From positions 1-64,000 of IMG/VR virus record IMGVR_UViG_3300028364_000014: 64,000 nt of DNA; one strand, given 5' to 3'. A model generated the notes under the pieces. That model worked only from the letters and a program-made list of their open reading frames with translations, was not told the DNA's origin and made no database searches. Positions within the stretch are counted from its first letter, which is position 1. Every line of letters starts with the position of its first letter. Shown here one piece after another: positions 49,926-58,548 of the stretch. The position numbers and the translations under genes are program-made.

Positions 49926-51413
49926 TTAGTAAGTCACCAAGCCGCAATTGTTTGTCAATTTACGACAACGTTTAATGCCAAAAGTATCTAATTTTTTTGG
50001 ATTAAGAATGTTCTCAAAAGTAATAACCTCACCTTTGTTTTGCACGCCTTTACAAACTTGTATCATTGATTCTACGTTGACAACATCACCTTTTCGGATC
50101 TTGTAGTCAGTGATTAAACTTCTCATTACTTTTTTTCCTGGGATTGCAACTATAACTGTTGAGTTAAGCTTCCCCTCAACCATGAGAGATTGTTTTAATT
50201 CGGTAAGACTCTTTTTCTTAGGGTCTTGTCCTGCCCGTCGTTTACGATTCCAGGCTACTATCTTTTTCTTTTTTTCCGGTATTGAGTCAAAAATCATATA
50301 TCTACGATCCGTAGATCTTAACGTAAATGACCGGGTGTGCCTAGGAAATTGTCTCATATTCAACTCAGAATTATAATCTTTCCAAGAGTAATCTTGTAAA
50401 TCCTGATTTCCTAAACTGTCGTTGAATGCAATGAGGCTTGCATCACTGGCATGAGATTTAATAATATTGTCTCGATTCCTAACGCCACTCGTAATATATC
50501 CGTAAGTGTCTTGAATTGGACATTTGTCTTCAAATTCATTCCAGATCGTTTTCATGACTGAATTTAAAACTCCAGCATCACGGTATCCGTTTACAGAAGT
50601 AGATTCCTTTGGACATTTTAATCCATTTTTGTGAACTTTGTTATGACAATTTTCACACAGCAATATTAAATTTTCAGGTCGATCTGAACCACCATTACTC
50701 TTCCAAGTGATATGATGAACTTCGTTTCTAATTTTACCAACATCTTTTTTACAGATTTGACATTGGTAATTGTCTCTATTCCTTACATAACTTTTTACGT
50801 TTTCAAAACCAAATTGTAATCCTTTTTGATACCAAAAAGATTGGACCTTTGGAGTAATCATCTTGTGGATATCAAATTTATTATACTCTAAATGAATTTT
50901 AACTTGTTCAATTGGAACCAACTTTAATAACTTTGCCAATACATTTCTATGCGATTGGATCAAATGAAGATGAGTAACTTGAAACTTATGTTTACTTCGA
51001 TTTTTCCAAATAGGGTGCTTGAACTTAGCATTTCCAGCCCCATACTTTTTTTTGATACCTTTTCGAGCCAGATATCTTCGACTGCGGCGATACATTCTTT
51101 TGGCATCAAGCCCTTCTTTGATCTTTGCTGTGCGTAGGTATACCTCTCCGTTAATAAGTTTAGTAATAACATCCCTTTGGATTTTAAATACTGCAAACCC
51201 AATGTTCGCATATCCAGGATCAATACCTATTCTAAACTCACAATTAATTGTTTCACTTTTATAAAATACTTTTGTTAATAATTGAACAATAATTACGTCT
51301 TTGTTTAATCGTTTTATAACTTTAGCTTTCTTGTTTCGAATCAACCTTCCCACCATATCGTGTTTTTTGGTAGGGTGGCCGATATTGTTTCTTGCGTCTA
51401 CAATGTAAATCAT
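49926..51413 (-). CDS. iscB: IscB RNA-guided endonuclease
   Basis: PLMP-like N-terminus (GHPT), RuvC-I GIDPG, Arg-rich RRSRR bridge helix, RuvC-II HLEYNKFD, HNH EVHH...PENLILLCENCH, RuvC-III SHASDA. Confidence 0.92.
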   Translation of the reverse strand: MIYIVDARNNIGHPTKKHDMVGRLIRNKKAKVIKRLNKDVIIVQLLTKVFYKSETINCEFRIGIDPGYANIGFAVFKIQRDVITKLINGEVYLRTAKIKEGLDAKRMYRRSRRYLARKGIKKKYGAGNAKFKHPIWKNRSKHKFQVTHLHLIQSHRNVLAKLLKLVPIEQVKIHLEYNKFDIHKMITPKVQSFWYQKGLQFGFENVKSYVRNRDNYQCQICKKDVGKIRNEVHHITWKSNGGSDRPENLILLCENCHNKVHKNGLKCPKESTSVNGYRDAGVLNSVMKTIWNEFEDKCPIQDTYGYITSGVRNRDNIIKSHASDASLIAFNDSLGNQDLQDYSWKDYNSELNMRQFPRHTRSFTLRSTDRRYMIFDSIPEKKKKIVAWNRKRRAGQDPKKKSLTELKQSLMVEGKLNSTVIVAIPGKKVMRSLITDYKIRKGDVVNVESMIQVCKGVQNKGEVITFENILNPKKLDTFGIKRCRKLTNNCGLVTY

Positions 51414-51419
51414 CTTTTC

Positions 51420-51675
51420 CCCTCTTAATAAATACCCATTGATCGGGCAAACTAAGAATAGTTCGGTTCGTCTCCCCCGACTTAATCAAAAGTAATACTG
51501 ATCTTCGTTACCTACTAATCAGCAATGAGGACTTGTAATGCTCCGCTTACCTCCATTGCTACGGACTGGGAGTGGCATCCGTAGGTGAACTCTCGATTAA
51601 ACGTCTGTTCAATCCTGAATTAAATCAGCTTGCTGTTGATTGCAAGCCCAAGTCCTTTAGGCTTGGGTAATTGAC
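51420..51675 (-). ncRNA. omegaRNA/HEARO-type scaffold of IscB
   Basis: About 255-nt structured noncoding region between the left end and iscB, with CACCTACGGATGCCACTCCCAGTCCGTAGC and GTCGGGGGAGAC elements typical of HEARO/omegaRNA. Confidence 0.8.
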
Positions 51676-51841
51676 TATTATTTTGTAAGTATGTGTTAAT
51701 GATGGTTGATTGGTCATCAGAAGATAGGTTATTAAATAATTCGTTACACATAATTAAGCAATCTGTTGGTGACACATCAATTGTTAAATTAAACTTTGCT
51801 CCGCTTGTTTCTAAGGTAGTTTCAAAAAATTTCTTACTCAT
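51620..51841 (-). CDS. Small gene whose 3' end is interrupted by the IscB element
   Basis: GGAGG RBS; the last 18 codons (SQLPKPKGLG...) come from the element left end. Confidence 0.55.
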   Translation of the reverse strand: MSKKFFETTLETSGAKFNLTIDVSPTDCLIMCNELFNNLSSDDQSTIINTYLQNNSQLPKPKGLGLAINSKLI

Positions 51842-51848
51842 AGTCCTC

Positions 51849-52340
51849 CTAAATTCTAAAATATTTTTCTAAGATGTGACACGCCTCTTCTTCAGTACGT
51901 ACCCAACAATTAACCACACTTTTAACAAACGGATGGTTGCATTTGGCATCTTTGGTAGGGTCTCCGTCCAAGATCCCTATTACGGCTTTATGGTTATTAT
52001 CGTGATACCATGCCAATTCAAAAAAAGTACCTATCATGTCTTTGGCTGTGTCATAATGATTCATATTTGCTATAGCCCCTGTAGACTTCATAACATACAT
52101 CTTGTCTTTAGGAACTAGTAGGTTAATCCCTTCAGTGGTATACACCTTAGTTCTATCTGGATCAGATCCGTCGCTGTATTCTTTTTGTACTGATTTATTA
52201 AATTCATTTTTGCATGGGTCAATGAAATAAAACTGTCTATCACCGTTAAAATGGTTTTTTACTCTTTTTCTCCAGTTATAAGTTTCTGGCTCATTAACGC
52301 TGATTTGTCCAATTAAATAAATCTTATCTCTCATAACCAT
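51849..52340 (-). CDS. Nucleoside 2-deoxyribosyltransferase-like protein
   Basis: KIYLIGQI..WRKRV..FIDP..D...GTFFELAW pattern. Confidence 0.65.
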   Translation of the reverse strand: MVMRDKIYLIGQISVNEPETYNWRKRVKNHFNGDRQFYFIDPCKNEFNKSVQKEYSDGSDPDRTKVYTTEGINLLVPKDKMYVMKSTGAIANMNHYDTAKDMIGTFFELAWYHDNNHKAVIGILDGDPTKDAKCNHPFVKSVVNCWVRTEEEACHILEKYFRI

Positions 52341-52478
52341 AATTCCTTGTTTCTAAGTGTGTTTTTAAAAAAGCTATTTCATTTTCAATGGTGATTTTTT
52401 CTTTTCCTTTTGTAACATCTAATATTGTATTTAATAAATTAAGTTTTTTTATTAAATTATCATTCTGTAATTTTTTTT

Positions 52479-52733
52479 TCATAATATTAAATCTTCCTCA
52501 GTGTAAACATCTCCGTTTAGTTCAATCTTACTATTTTCATAATTTTCTATGACTCGTCTATAGAATTCTAGTTTAGCTCCTTCACATGCACCTATTATAT
52601 CATTAAATGTTGAATAACACTTACCGTTGTGTCTCATATACTTAAGTAATAACTCTGTTATCATAAAATTTAATTCTCCCGATGTTTCTGGAGTAGTTAT
52701 GTCGTTTCTTCTAAATTGTTCAATATATGGCAT
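52479..52733 (-). CDS. Conserved phage hypothetical protein (MPYI...GELNF...KLEFYRR...NGDVY)
   Basis: Motif pattern familiar from phage genomes; function unknown. Confidence 0.6.
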   Translation of the reverse strand: MPYIEQFRRNDITTPETSGELNFMITELLLKYMRHNGKCYSTFNDIIGACEGAKLEFYRRVIENYENSKIELNGDVYTEEDLIL

Positions 52734-52745
52734 TATATCTCCTTT

Positions 52746-52934
52746 TTATCCAACACTGATGTTTTTATATAACCAACTATCGTAATGTTTTCTAATACTT
52801 TTGGCATATTCATGTTTGTCTTTAAACTCTTCTCTTTTGTATATTGATTTGTCTATTAAAAACTTTATTTCCTCGTCTACAAACTTTTCATCTAAGTCTG
52901 TTTCAGGTATTACAAAGAAATCGCTATATTTCAT
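52746..52934 (-). CDS. Hypothetical protein (62 aa)
   Basis: ORF with RBS. Confidence 0.5.
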   Translation of the reverse strand: MKYSDFFVIPETDLDEKFVDEEIKFLIDKSIYKREEFKDKHEYAKSIRKHYDSWLYKNISVG

Positions 52935-52986
52935 TTTAAGTTTTCTCCTGATAGTGTTTAAATTTACTTATTAAAACATAGTGTTA

Positions 52987-53304
52987 TTATCCCTTTTTTA
53001 AACTATCTATATAGAGCATCTGTCTAGCTATAGTAGACATCAGCATTACTTCAATTATATCTGAAGCCACTTCCTCTGTCGTGGTGTTGAATTTAGTTGC
53101 AGTAGTTTTAACTCCCGGATCTATTAACAATTCATTTTCTACTGATTGTATGTACTCCATTACTTCGTATGTTTTTTCTGTTAGTTTTGGCAAGTCAATT
53201 TGATCCTCGAAAGTAGGGTCACTTTGGTAAAGTTTGGACAAGGTTTGCCCAAGGTTGTTCATAATTTCTTGTTTCTCTATAAAATCTGATAATTTACTCG
53301 TCAT
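52987..53304 (-). CDS. Hypothetical protein (105 aa)
   Basis: ORF with RBS. Confidence 0.55.
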   Translation of the reverse strand: MTSKLSDFIEKQEIMNNLGQTLSKLYQSDPTFEDQIDLPKLTEKTYEVMEYIQSVENELLIDPGVKTTATKFNTTTEEVASDIIEVMLMSTIARQMLYIDSLKKG

Positions 53305-53318
53305 AATTAGTCCCTTAA

Positions 53319-53519
53319 TTAAATTTTATTAAATAAATCATCTATTGCATCAATTAAAGATGTTTTTAATTTAGCTAGATCATTAGATTGCATAGTTATA
53401 ACTGGTTGCTTTTGTTCTGTACCATCTTCAAATACTATTCTTATATCACTAACACCGGTAGCAAAATTTCTATCATGTAATCCAATTGTTGCTATTAGTT
53501 GATATTTATTTTTCTTCAT
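53319..53519 (-). CDS. Hypothetical protein (66 aa)
   Basis: ORF downstream of a promoter, AAGGA RBS. Confidence 0.55.
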   Translation of the reverse strand: MKKNKYQLIATIGLHDRNFATGVSDIRIVFEDGTEQKQPVITMQSNDLAKLKTSLIDAIDDLFNKI

Positions 53520-53562
53520 TTTTAATTCCTTTATTAGTTAATATTATTTCCGACATGTATAT

Positions 53563-53590
53563 ATTATAAGCATGTTTTTATGTTTGTCAA
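53563..53590 (-). promoter_or_regulatory. Sigma70-type promoter
   Basis: TTGACA-N16-TATAAT. Confidence 0.75.
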
Positions 53591-53593
53591 GTT

Positions 53594-53914
53594 TTATTTA
53601 CTAAAATATTTTTTACCTAAATGAGTTAGTCTAAATGCAAACATTGAACCACCATTAACATTCCCTCTAACTGTTACTTCTAATAATCGCTCATCCGCGA
53701 ATTCATCTAAATAACCCCAATCATTTTCTTCTATGTCAATATAAACTACATCCGAATTAGGAGACTCTAAGATAGCTCTTTGTATAGCCCTTCCTTCTGT
53801 AGTTTTTAATAAAGCTTTTATATAAGGTTCTCGTTTTTTTATAGCTTTATCTATTTTATATTTTAACCATACAAATTTAAATGCATGACTTAGTGCCGAA
53901 AGTGGTACAGTCAT
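53594..53914 (-). CDS. Hypothetical protein (106 aa)
   Basis: GGAGG RBS. Confidence 0.55.
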   Translation of the reverse strand: MTVPLSALSHAFKFVWLKYKIDKAIKKREPYIKALLKTTEGRAIQRAILESPNSDVVYIDIEENDWGYLDEFADERLLEVTVRGNVNGGSMFAFRLTHLGKKYFSK

Positions 53915-53915
53915 A

Positions 53916-54158
53916 TTAACCCTCCTTTTCTTTTGCTTTAAAGCCTGTATAAAAAGCTATCGCTGTGCCAGCTACCGTACTAAATGAGTAGTAAAAAGGC
54001 GCGAAGGTATCAATCGCTAACCCAAACAATGAACTAACCATTAATGCTAATGTAATAAAGATATAAATTAATACGGTGCTAAATAATACTACACGTCTAG
54101 CCCTATTAGGCTCTTTCTCTGCCCATTCTATTAGTTCTAATACATTAGTCATTTCCAT
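53916..54158 (-). CDS. Two-TM membrane protein (holin-like topology)
   Basis: Two hydrophobic helices, charged C-terminus KAKEKEG. Confidence 0.5.
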   Translation of the reverse strand: MEMTNVLELIEWAEKEPNRARRVVLFSTVLIYIFITLALMVSSLFGLAIDTFAPFYYSFSTVAGTAIAFYTGFKAKEKEG

Positions 54159-54164
54159 TATAGT

Positions 54165-54413
54165 TTATCCTTTTTCTACATTTTCTATATACTCCTTATA
54201 TAGTTTTAATTCTTTTTTATTTAACATCCTACATTTTACAGATGTGCCTTTCTGGCTACCTATAAAACAAATTTCTTCAGTAGTACAATTTTCTGCTTTA
54301 TGCGGTCGTCCATGTAAACAGGTATCATGACAATGGTCCACTTTCTTTTTTTTATTACATATATAATAGATCATATTATAAACCTCTGTGTTATAGTATA
54401 AGTATTTAGACAC
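54165..54413 (-). CDS. Cys/His-rich hypothetical protein
   Basis: CHDTCLHGRPH...C...C; the true start may be internal. Confidence 0.45.
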   Translation of the reverse strand: MSKYLYYNTEVYNMIYYICNKKKKVDHCHDTCLHGRPHKAENCTTEEICFIGSQKGTSVKCRMLNKKELKLYKEYIENVEKG

Positions 54414-54555
54414 ATCTAATATAGCTTTTTAATGACCATAATGGTATTTATGAAATAGATAGTTGATTTAGAACTGACCATCATGTTCATTATAATTTCA
54501 AAGATAAAGGCGCAACTACTATCTTTAAAATTATAACTATAATTGTTATTATTGA

Positions 54556-54591
54556 AGTATTCAGTCTTCTAGTATTCAGTCTTCTAGTATT
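54556..54591. repeat. 15-bp tandem repeat, 2.4 copies
   Basis: AGTATTCAGTCTTCT x2 plus AGTATT in an intergenic region. Confidence 0.8.
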
Positions 54592-54739
54592 TACCCCATA
54601 GTATTTTTCATACTAGTAATAATGATTGTTTCAAAATAGTGCTTAAATATTTAAATTAAAAAAATAAATAAACAAAAAAAATATCTGTATTATGTAATAA
54701 GTATTTTTAACTACCCACTCACGCAAGAATGTTTTAAAT

Positions 54740-54976
54740 TTATAAGCTTTCATTGTACTTATCTGTTCTTAGTTCTTTATCAGTACCGTCCAGGTAGTTA
54801 CTTGTTAGACAATAGAACTTATATAGAATGTCCGATACATACTCGGCTTGTTTTTTTAATTCAGGGTTAGATTGCACCGCCGGATGATCTACTATATGCT
54901 CATTAAATATGTCTACGGCTATATAAGATCTATCCATAACTTCAAAGTAATGATAATCGGTTAATTTATTATCCAC
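54740..54976 (-). CDS. Hypothetical protein (78 aa)
   Basis: GTG start with AGGAG RBS. Confidence 0.55.
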   Translation of the reverse strand: MDNKLTDYHYFEVMDRSYIAVDIFNEHIVDHPAVQSNPELKKQAEYVSDILYKFYCLTSNYLDGTDKELRTDKYNESL

Positions 54977-55016
54977 AGATTCTCCTAGTATTTAATTAGT
55001 TAGTAAAACTATAAAA

Positions 55017-55358
55017 CTATATAACTATGAACTGATATAGTATAATTATTCCTAGTACTAATATATTTATTATCTTTATATGGTTAGTGTATATAAAATT
55101 AAGCAACTTATTAGTATCATTTTTAATAACATCTAATGTCGCTGTTTTAAGTTCTATATAAGCTTTATTTAACTCGTTGATACATTCACTGGACGACTTA
55201 ATATGTTCTTTAGTCATTTGATGTGTTATTTTAGGGTTATACTCGTTATAGTACCAACCTGTAGGTGATTCTATAGCCCCGCAATTTAAACACTTCTCTG
55301 GAGACCACGAACCTCCAGAGGTATTCGTACTTCTGCTTTGTTGACATTCATTTATCAT
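55017..55358 (-). CDS. Hypothetical protein with C-terminal TM helix
   Basis: CLNC motif; hydrophobic C-terminus. Confidence 0.5.
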   Translation of the reverse strand: MINECQQSRSTNTSGGSWSPEKCLNCGAIESPTGWYYNEYNPKITHQMTKEHIKSSSECINELNKAYIELKTATLDVIKNDTNKLLNFIYTNHIKIINILVLGIIILYQFIVI

Positions 55359-55404
55359 ATTTTAACCCTTTTCTCCTCCCGCCCTTGTTTAATTTATTAC
55401 AGTG

Positions 55405-55659
55405 TTATTCCTCATAATATGCTAAACACGTCTCTGTGTTAGGAGGTACTTCAGTGTAACCAGCGTCTATAACCCTGTAGTGACGGGTATCTTGAAGTTT
55501 TTCGGCATTTTCAAAATATTTATTATCACTCATCATTAAAACTATTACACTCAAATTACAGTCAGTTACACCTAGTCCGATTACAGCGTGACAGGTTTGT
55601 GCTGCTAGCTTCTGTGGTGACATTTTTAAATTACGTCTGTATAAAATTTTTACTTTCAT
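55405..55659 (-). CDS. Peptidyl-tRNA hydrolase type 2 (Pth2)
   Basis: RRNLKMSPQKLAAQTCHA and VIDAGYTEVPPNTETCLA. Confidence 0.85.
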   Translation of the reverse strand: MKVKILYRRNLKMSPQKLAAQTCHAVIGLGVTDCNLSVIVLMMSDNKYFENAEKLQDTRHYRVIDAGYTEVPPNTETCLAYYEE

Positions 55660-55699
55660 TTAAATTCCTTTATGTAGATAACGTGCATGTGTATATTTA

Positions 55700-55727
55700 A
55701 GTATAAGCACTAATAGTTATTTGTCAA
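55700..55727 (-). promoter_or_regulatory. Sigma70-type promoter upstream of Pth2
   Basis: TTGACA-N16-TATACT. Confidence 0.7.
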
Positions 55728-55731
55728 TGTA

Positions 55732-56661
55732 TTAACTTCCAAAAATATTACGTGATTTAATTAGGGTATTATCTCCAGTCAGTTGTGGTTCTTGAGTATA
55801 TCCATTAATATTTAAAGTAGCTGTAATATCTTCATGTATATTAATCCAATTTTTATTAGAATTACTCTTAATTGTGTTAATTAGGTACGAAGTCATGGCA
55901 CCTTGCCACTTACCTTCTATATACGCATCAGCCGATGTTTGATTGTCTTTACAACCTGATAGAAGTACATACTCTTGATAGCTTTTAATTTCTTTATTAA
56001 GTCTATTTATAGGAGTATCCACATTATTTCGTATCTGAATATCAATCGGGGGACTTATGAATCTATCCTCCTGTTTTATAGACCTAGCCATTGAACCACT
56101 ATGACATGAATCACAAATGAATGTTAAAAACACTCCATTGGCTTTTTTATTGAAATTATGTCGAATAATGTCATCTGTTAATGGGTCATCCCAATTTAAA
56201 TCCGTAGGGCAAAGTATTTCATCTAAATGATCATTAAGTTCATCTCCATCACGATCTCTCACTTGAGACCCGTGCCCTGAAAAATGAAGAACCAATTCAT
56301 CACCTGGAACAGTGTGACTTAATAACCAGTCTATTCTACTTAAAATGTTCTTTTTAGTAGCTCTTTTGTCTACTAGTACTCTAACATTGTCTGATGGAAA
56401 CTTATAGATATTAACTAATACATCGTGCATAGCAACAGCGTCATTTACACAGCCTTTGAGATCTGAGTTAAGGCTTGAATCATAGATATTAATACCTATA
56501 ATAACGGCGAACTTAGATGGTTCCCTCTTAGCAGTAATACCCTCTTCTATGGTCTCATCTATAGTGGCGTAAATAGGGTTATTCTTTATCTCCCCTGTTG
56601 TTTCTGGAGTTTTTAATACTGTAGTAATCCAACCCCAAAAGCTTGTTAAAAAGTTTGTCAT
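55732..56661 (-). CDS. Metacaspase / peptidase C14 (caspase-like)
   Basis: AVIIGINIY, LKGCVNDA, HFSGHG (His), ICDSCHSG (Cys), LSGCKDNQTSAD, QEPQL. Confidence 0.92.
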   Translation of the reverse strand: MTNFLTSFWGWITTVLKTPETTGEIKNNPIYATIDETIEEGITAKREPSKFAVIIGINIYDSSLNSDLKGCVNDAVAMHDVLVNIYKFPSDNVRVLVDKRATKKNILSRIDWLLSHTVPGDELVLHFSGHGSQVRDRDGDELNDHLDEILCPTDLNWDDPLTDDIIRHNFNKKANGVFLTFICDSCHSGSMARSIKQEDRFISPPIDIQIRNNVDTPINRLNKEIKSYQEYVLLSGCKDNQTSADAYIEGKWQGAMTSYLINTIKSNSNKNWINIHEDITATLNINGYTQEPQLTGDNTLIKSRNIFGS

Positions 56662-56662
56662 A

Positions 56663-56923
56663 TTATTTCTCCTTATTATTTTTATACATCTCTGCTAATA
56701 AATCTAATTGAAATTTTTCTGGTAATTCCCAATACTCCCATTCTATTCCTTTTAGTGGTTTTTCACATAAAGATTGTTTTATGATGTTTCCATCCATTAT
56801 ACACCAACCACCAAATAAAATTTTTATAAAAACATATTTAGATTTTGATGGAAAAACTCTTGATGCAATAAGTATTAAAAATTTTGCTATTTGTTCTCGT
56901 GCACTCTTATTAGAGTAACTCAT
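56663..56923 (-). CDS. Hypothetical protein (86 aa)
   Basis: AGGAG RBS. Confidence 0.55.
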   Translation of the reverse strand: MSYSNKSAREQIAKFLILIASRVFPSKSKYVFIKILFGGWCIMDGNIIKQSLCEKPLKGIEWEYWELPEKFQLDLLAEMYKNNKEK

Positions 56924-56989
56924 TTTTTCTCCTTATTTATTTTTTTAAAATACTAGTTCATAGTTCTTATCCATAAGTAGGTTTGTTTA

Positions 56990-58117
56990 TTACGAATTAT
57001 TTAGTAAATAAGCTTTACATATTATGTATAATTCCTTTTCTGTATAATGACCTAATCCCGCATTAAACACCCAAATAACCAATCTACAGTTTTCAGGTGT
57101 ATATCCCTTACTAACATCAATTCTATCAATACTTGGTCCGAATGGGTTTCTCTGAAGAGTGGTATCGTAGTCGAATGGTAATTCAGTGACCTCACATAAA
57201 TTTGACTCTGTCTTCTCGTTTAACCATTTTCTAGTTATACTGTGATCCATATTTTTTTCTTTCGCGCGGACTTTTGAGTACACAAACAACCGTCTTAGTT
57301 TAAACTCCTTAGGGTTTTCTGTCCTTAGTTTTTCTAATCGTTCTTTCTGGTCTCTACTATAGTCATTAGGCGTCTTATAGTTGGCTATTCGCTCTAATCT
57401 CTTACGTTCTTTTTCTAGCTCTCTAATTTCTTTTAATTTCTTACGTTTTAATACTAGTAAAGCTTGCCGCTCTTTCTTTTCTTTCTTTTTTATTATTTTA
57501 CTAAGGTAAAGTTCTTTTTCCCTTATTGCTTCTCTTTCTTCTATTATAAATTGCTCTATAGGTATATTTTTCTTATACCACAGATTAGTAAGTCTCCTTA
57601 GTTCTCGATAGAGTAGTGTTTGGTGTTCAGTACAACAATAGAAGGTACTGATTATTTTTTTACTGTTATGTCCTTGTACGAAGCACTTAACTTTAGTAGC
57701 TGTGTTAATACTAGGGGTAAACCACTCATGGCAATAAGCACATTTTATTTCTAAATAGTCTCTATCTAGTACTGCTCTTCTTATCTCATAATATGGAGCT
57801 AGTATTTCATACCTCTCGTATAATGGATGTATTTGACCTTTATCAATCAATTCGAAGTATCTCTTGTTTTTAATTACCTTAGCTTCCTCTACTTCTTCCC
57901 AATCTTTAAGTTCTTCCTCTGATGGTTTATACTTATGTTTACACTTGGCACCACAGAATAATGACTGGTGTTGATTTGAAGTTAAATACGGCTCGCCACA
58001 GTTCTTGCATGCATCCTTATATATATAGGAGCACCCTTTTCTCCTAAAGAACCCGTTCCTACTAAGTGTCATTTGATCCAGTTTTTCATAACACAATCTC
58101 ATTGTTATCCTCCTCAT
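56990..58117 (-). CDS. Endonuclease-like protein: Zn modules, coiled coil, C-terminal His-Me/HNH-like domain
   Basis: CKNC, CAYC modules; CEVTELPF...PSIDRIDVSKGYTPENCRLV. Confidence 0.7.
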   Translation of the reverse strand: MRRITMRLCYEKLDQMTLSRNGFFRRKGCSYIYKDACKNCGEPYLTSNQHQSLFCGAKCKHKYKPSEEELKDWEEVEEAKVIKNKRYFELIDKGQIHPLYERYEILAPYYEIRRAVLDRDYLEIKCAYCHEWFTPSINTATKVKCFVQGHNSKKIISTFYCCTEHQTLLYRELRRLTNLWYKKNIPIEQFIIEEREAIREKELYLSKIIKKKEKKERQALLVLKRKKLKEIRELEKERKRLERIANYKTPNDYSRDQKERLEKLRTENPKEFKLRRLFVYSKVRAKEKNMDHSITRKWLNEKTESNLCEVTELPFDYDTTLQRNPFGPSIDRIDVSKGYTPENCRLVIWVFNAGLGHYTEKELYIICKAYLLNNS

Positions 58118-58472
58118 ACTTCTTCACAAATGCAGCAGCCCAATAGGCAAACACTTCCTCAGGAAACTCACATTTGGCCGTATTATACATATGACAAACC
58201 ATTTGGCAGTTATTTTCTGTATATCCTTTGTTTGAATCTACTCTATCAATACTTGGGTAGTAGGGATTTACATACGGATCTCTGTGAGTCTTAAAAGGCA
58301 AGCCAGTGACCTCACAACGACCAGCATCCAATTTATCACGTATCCAGTTAGGTGTTAAACTAAACGGGATATTTTTTCGGCGGGCGCGCTTTTCAAGTTT
58401 TTGTAGTTTGTTGTTTAAATTACTAAAATAATTATCCATGGTTGGTTCCTTTTTTTTATCTTTTTCCCCCAT
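58086..58472 (-). CDS. Short His-Me/HNH-like endonuclease, paralogue of the C-terminal domain of 56990..58117
   Basis: CEVTGLPF...PSIDRVDSNKGYTENNCQMVC. Confidence 0.7.
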   Translation of the reverse strand: MGEKDKKKEPTMDNYFSNLNNKLQKLEKRARRKNIPFSLTPNWIRDKLDAGRCEVTGLPFKTHRDPYVNPYYPSIDRVDSNKGYTENNCQMVCHMYNTAKCEFPEEVFAYWAAAFVKKYEEDNNEIVL

Positions 58473-58548
58473 CTCTTCTTCGGAGGTAAGTCCTAATCGT
58501 GGTTGTTTGTAAGCAGTGCTTCAAAAATAAATAATCAATAGAAAGGTG

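Larger units (their letters stand above)
49822..51675 (-). mobile_element. IS200/IS605-superfamily IscB element (non-autonomous, no TnpA)
   Basis: Left end GTCAATTACCCAAGCCTAAAGGACTTGGG (51675); matching right-end hairpin CCCAAAGCTAAAGCATTGGG (~49845-49866); the right boundary is inferred. Confidence 0.75.

Noticed and set aside
11515-58294. Many other plus-strand ORFs overlapping minus-strand genes (e.g. 11515, 12949, 13535, 16339, 24062, 24721, 26346, 33976, 50110, 51019)
   Set aside because: Fully overlap well-supported genes on the opposite strand; no motifs
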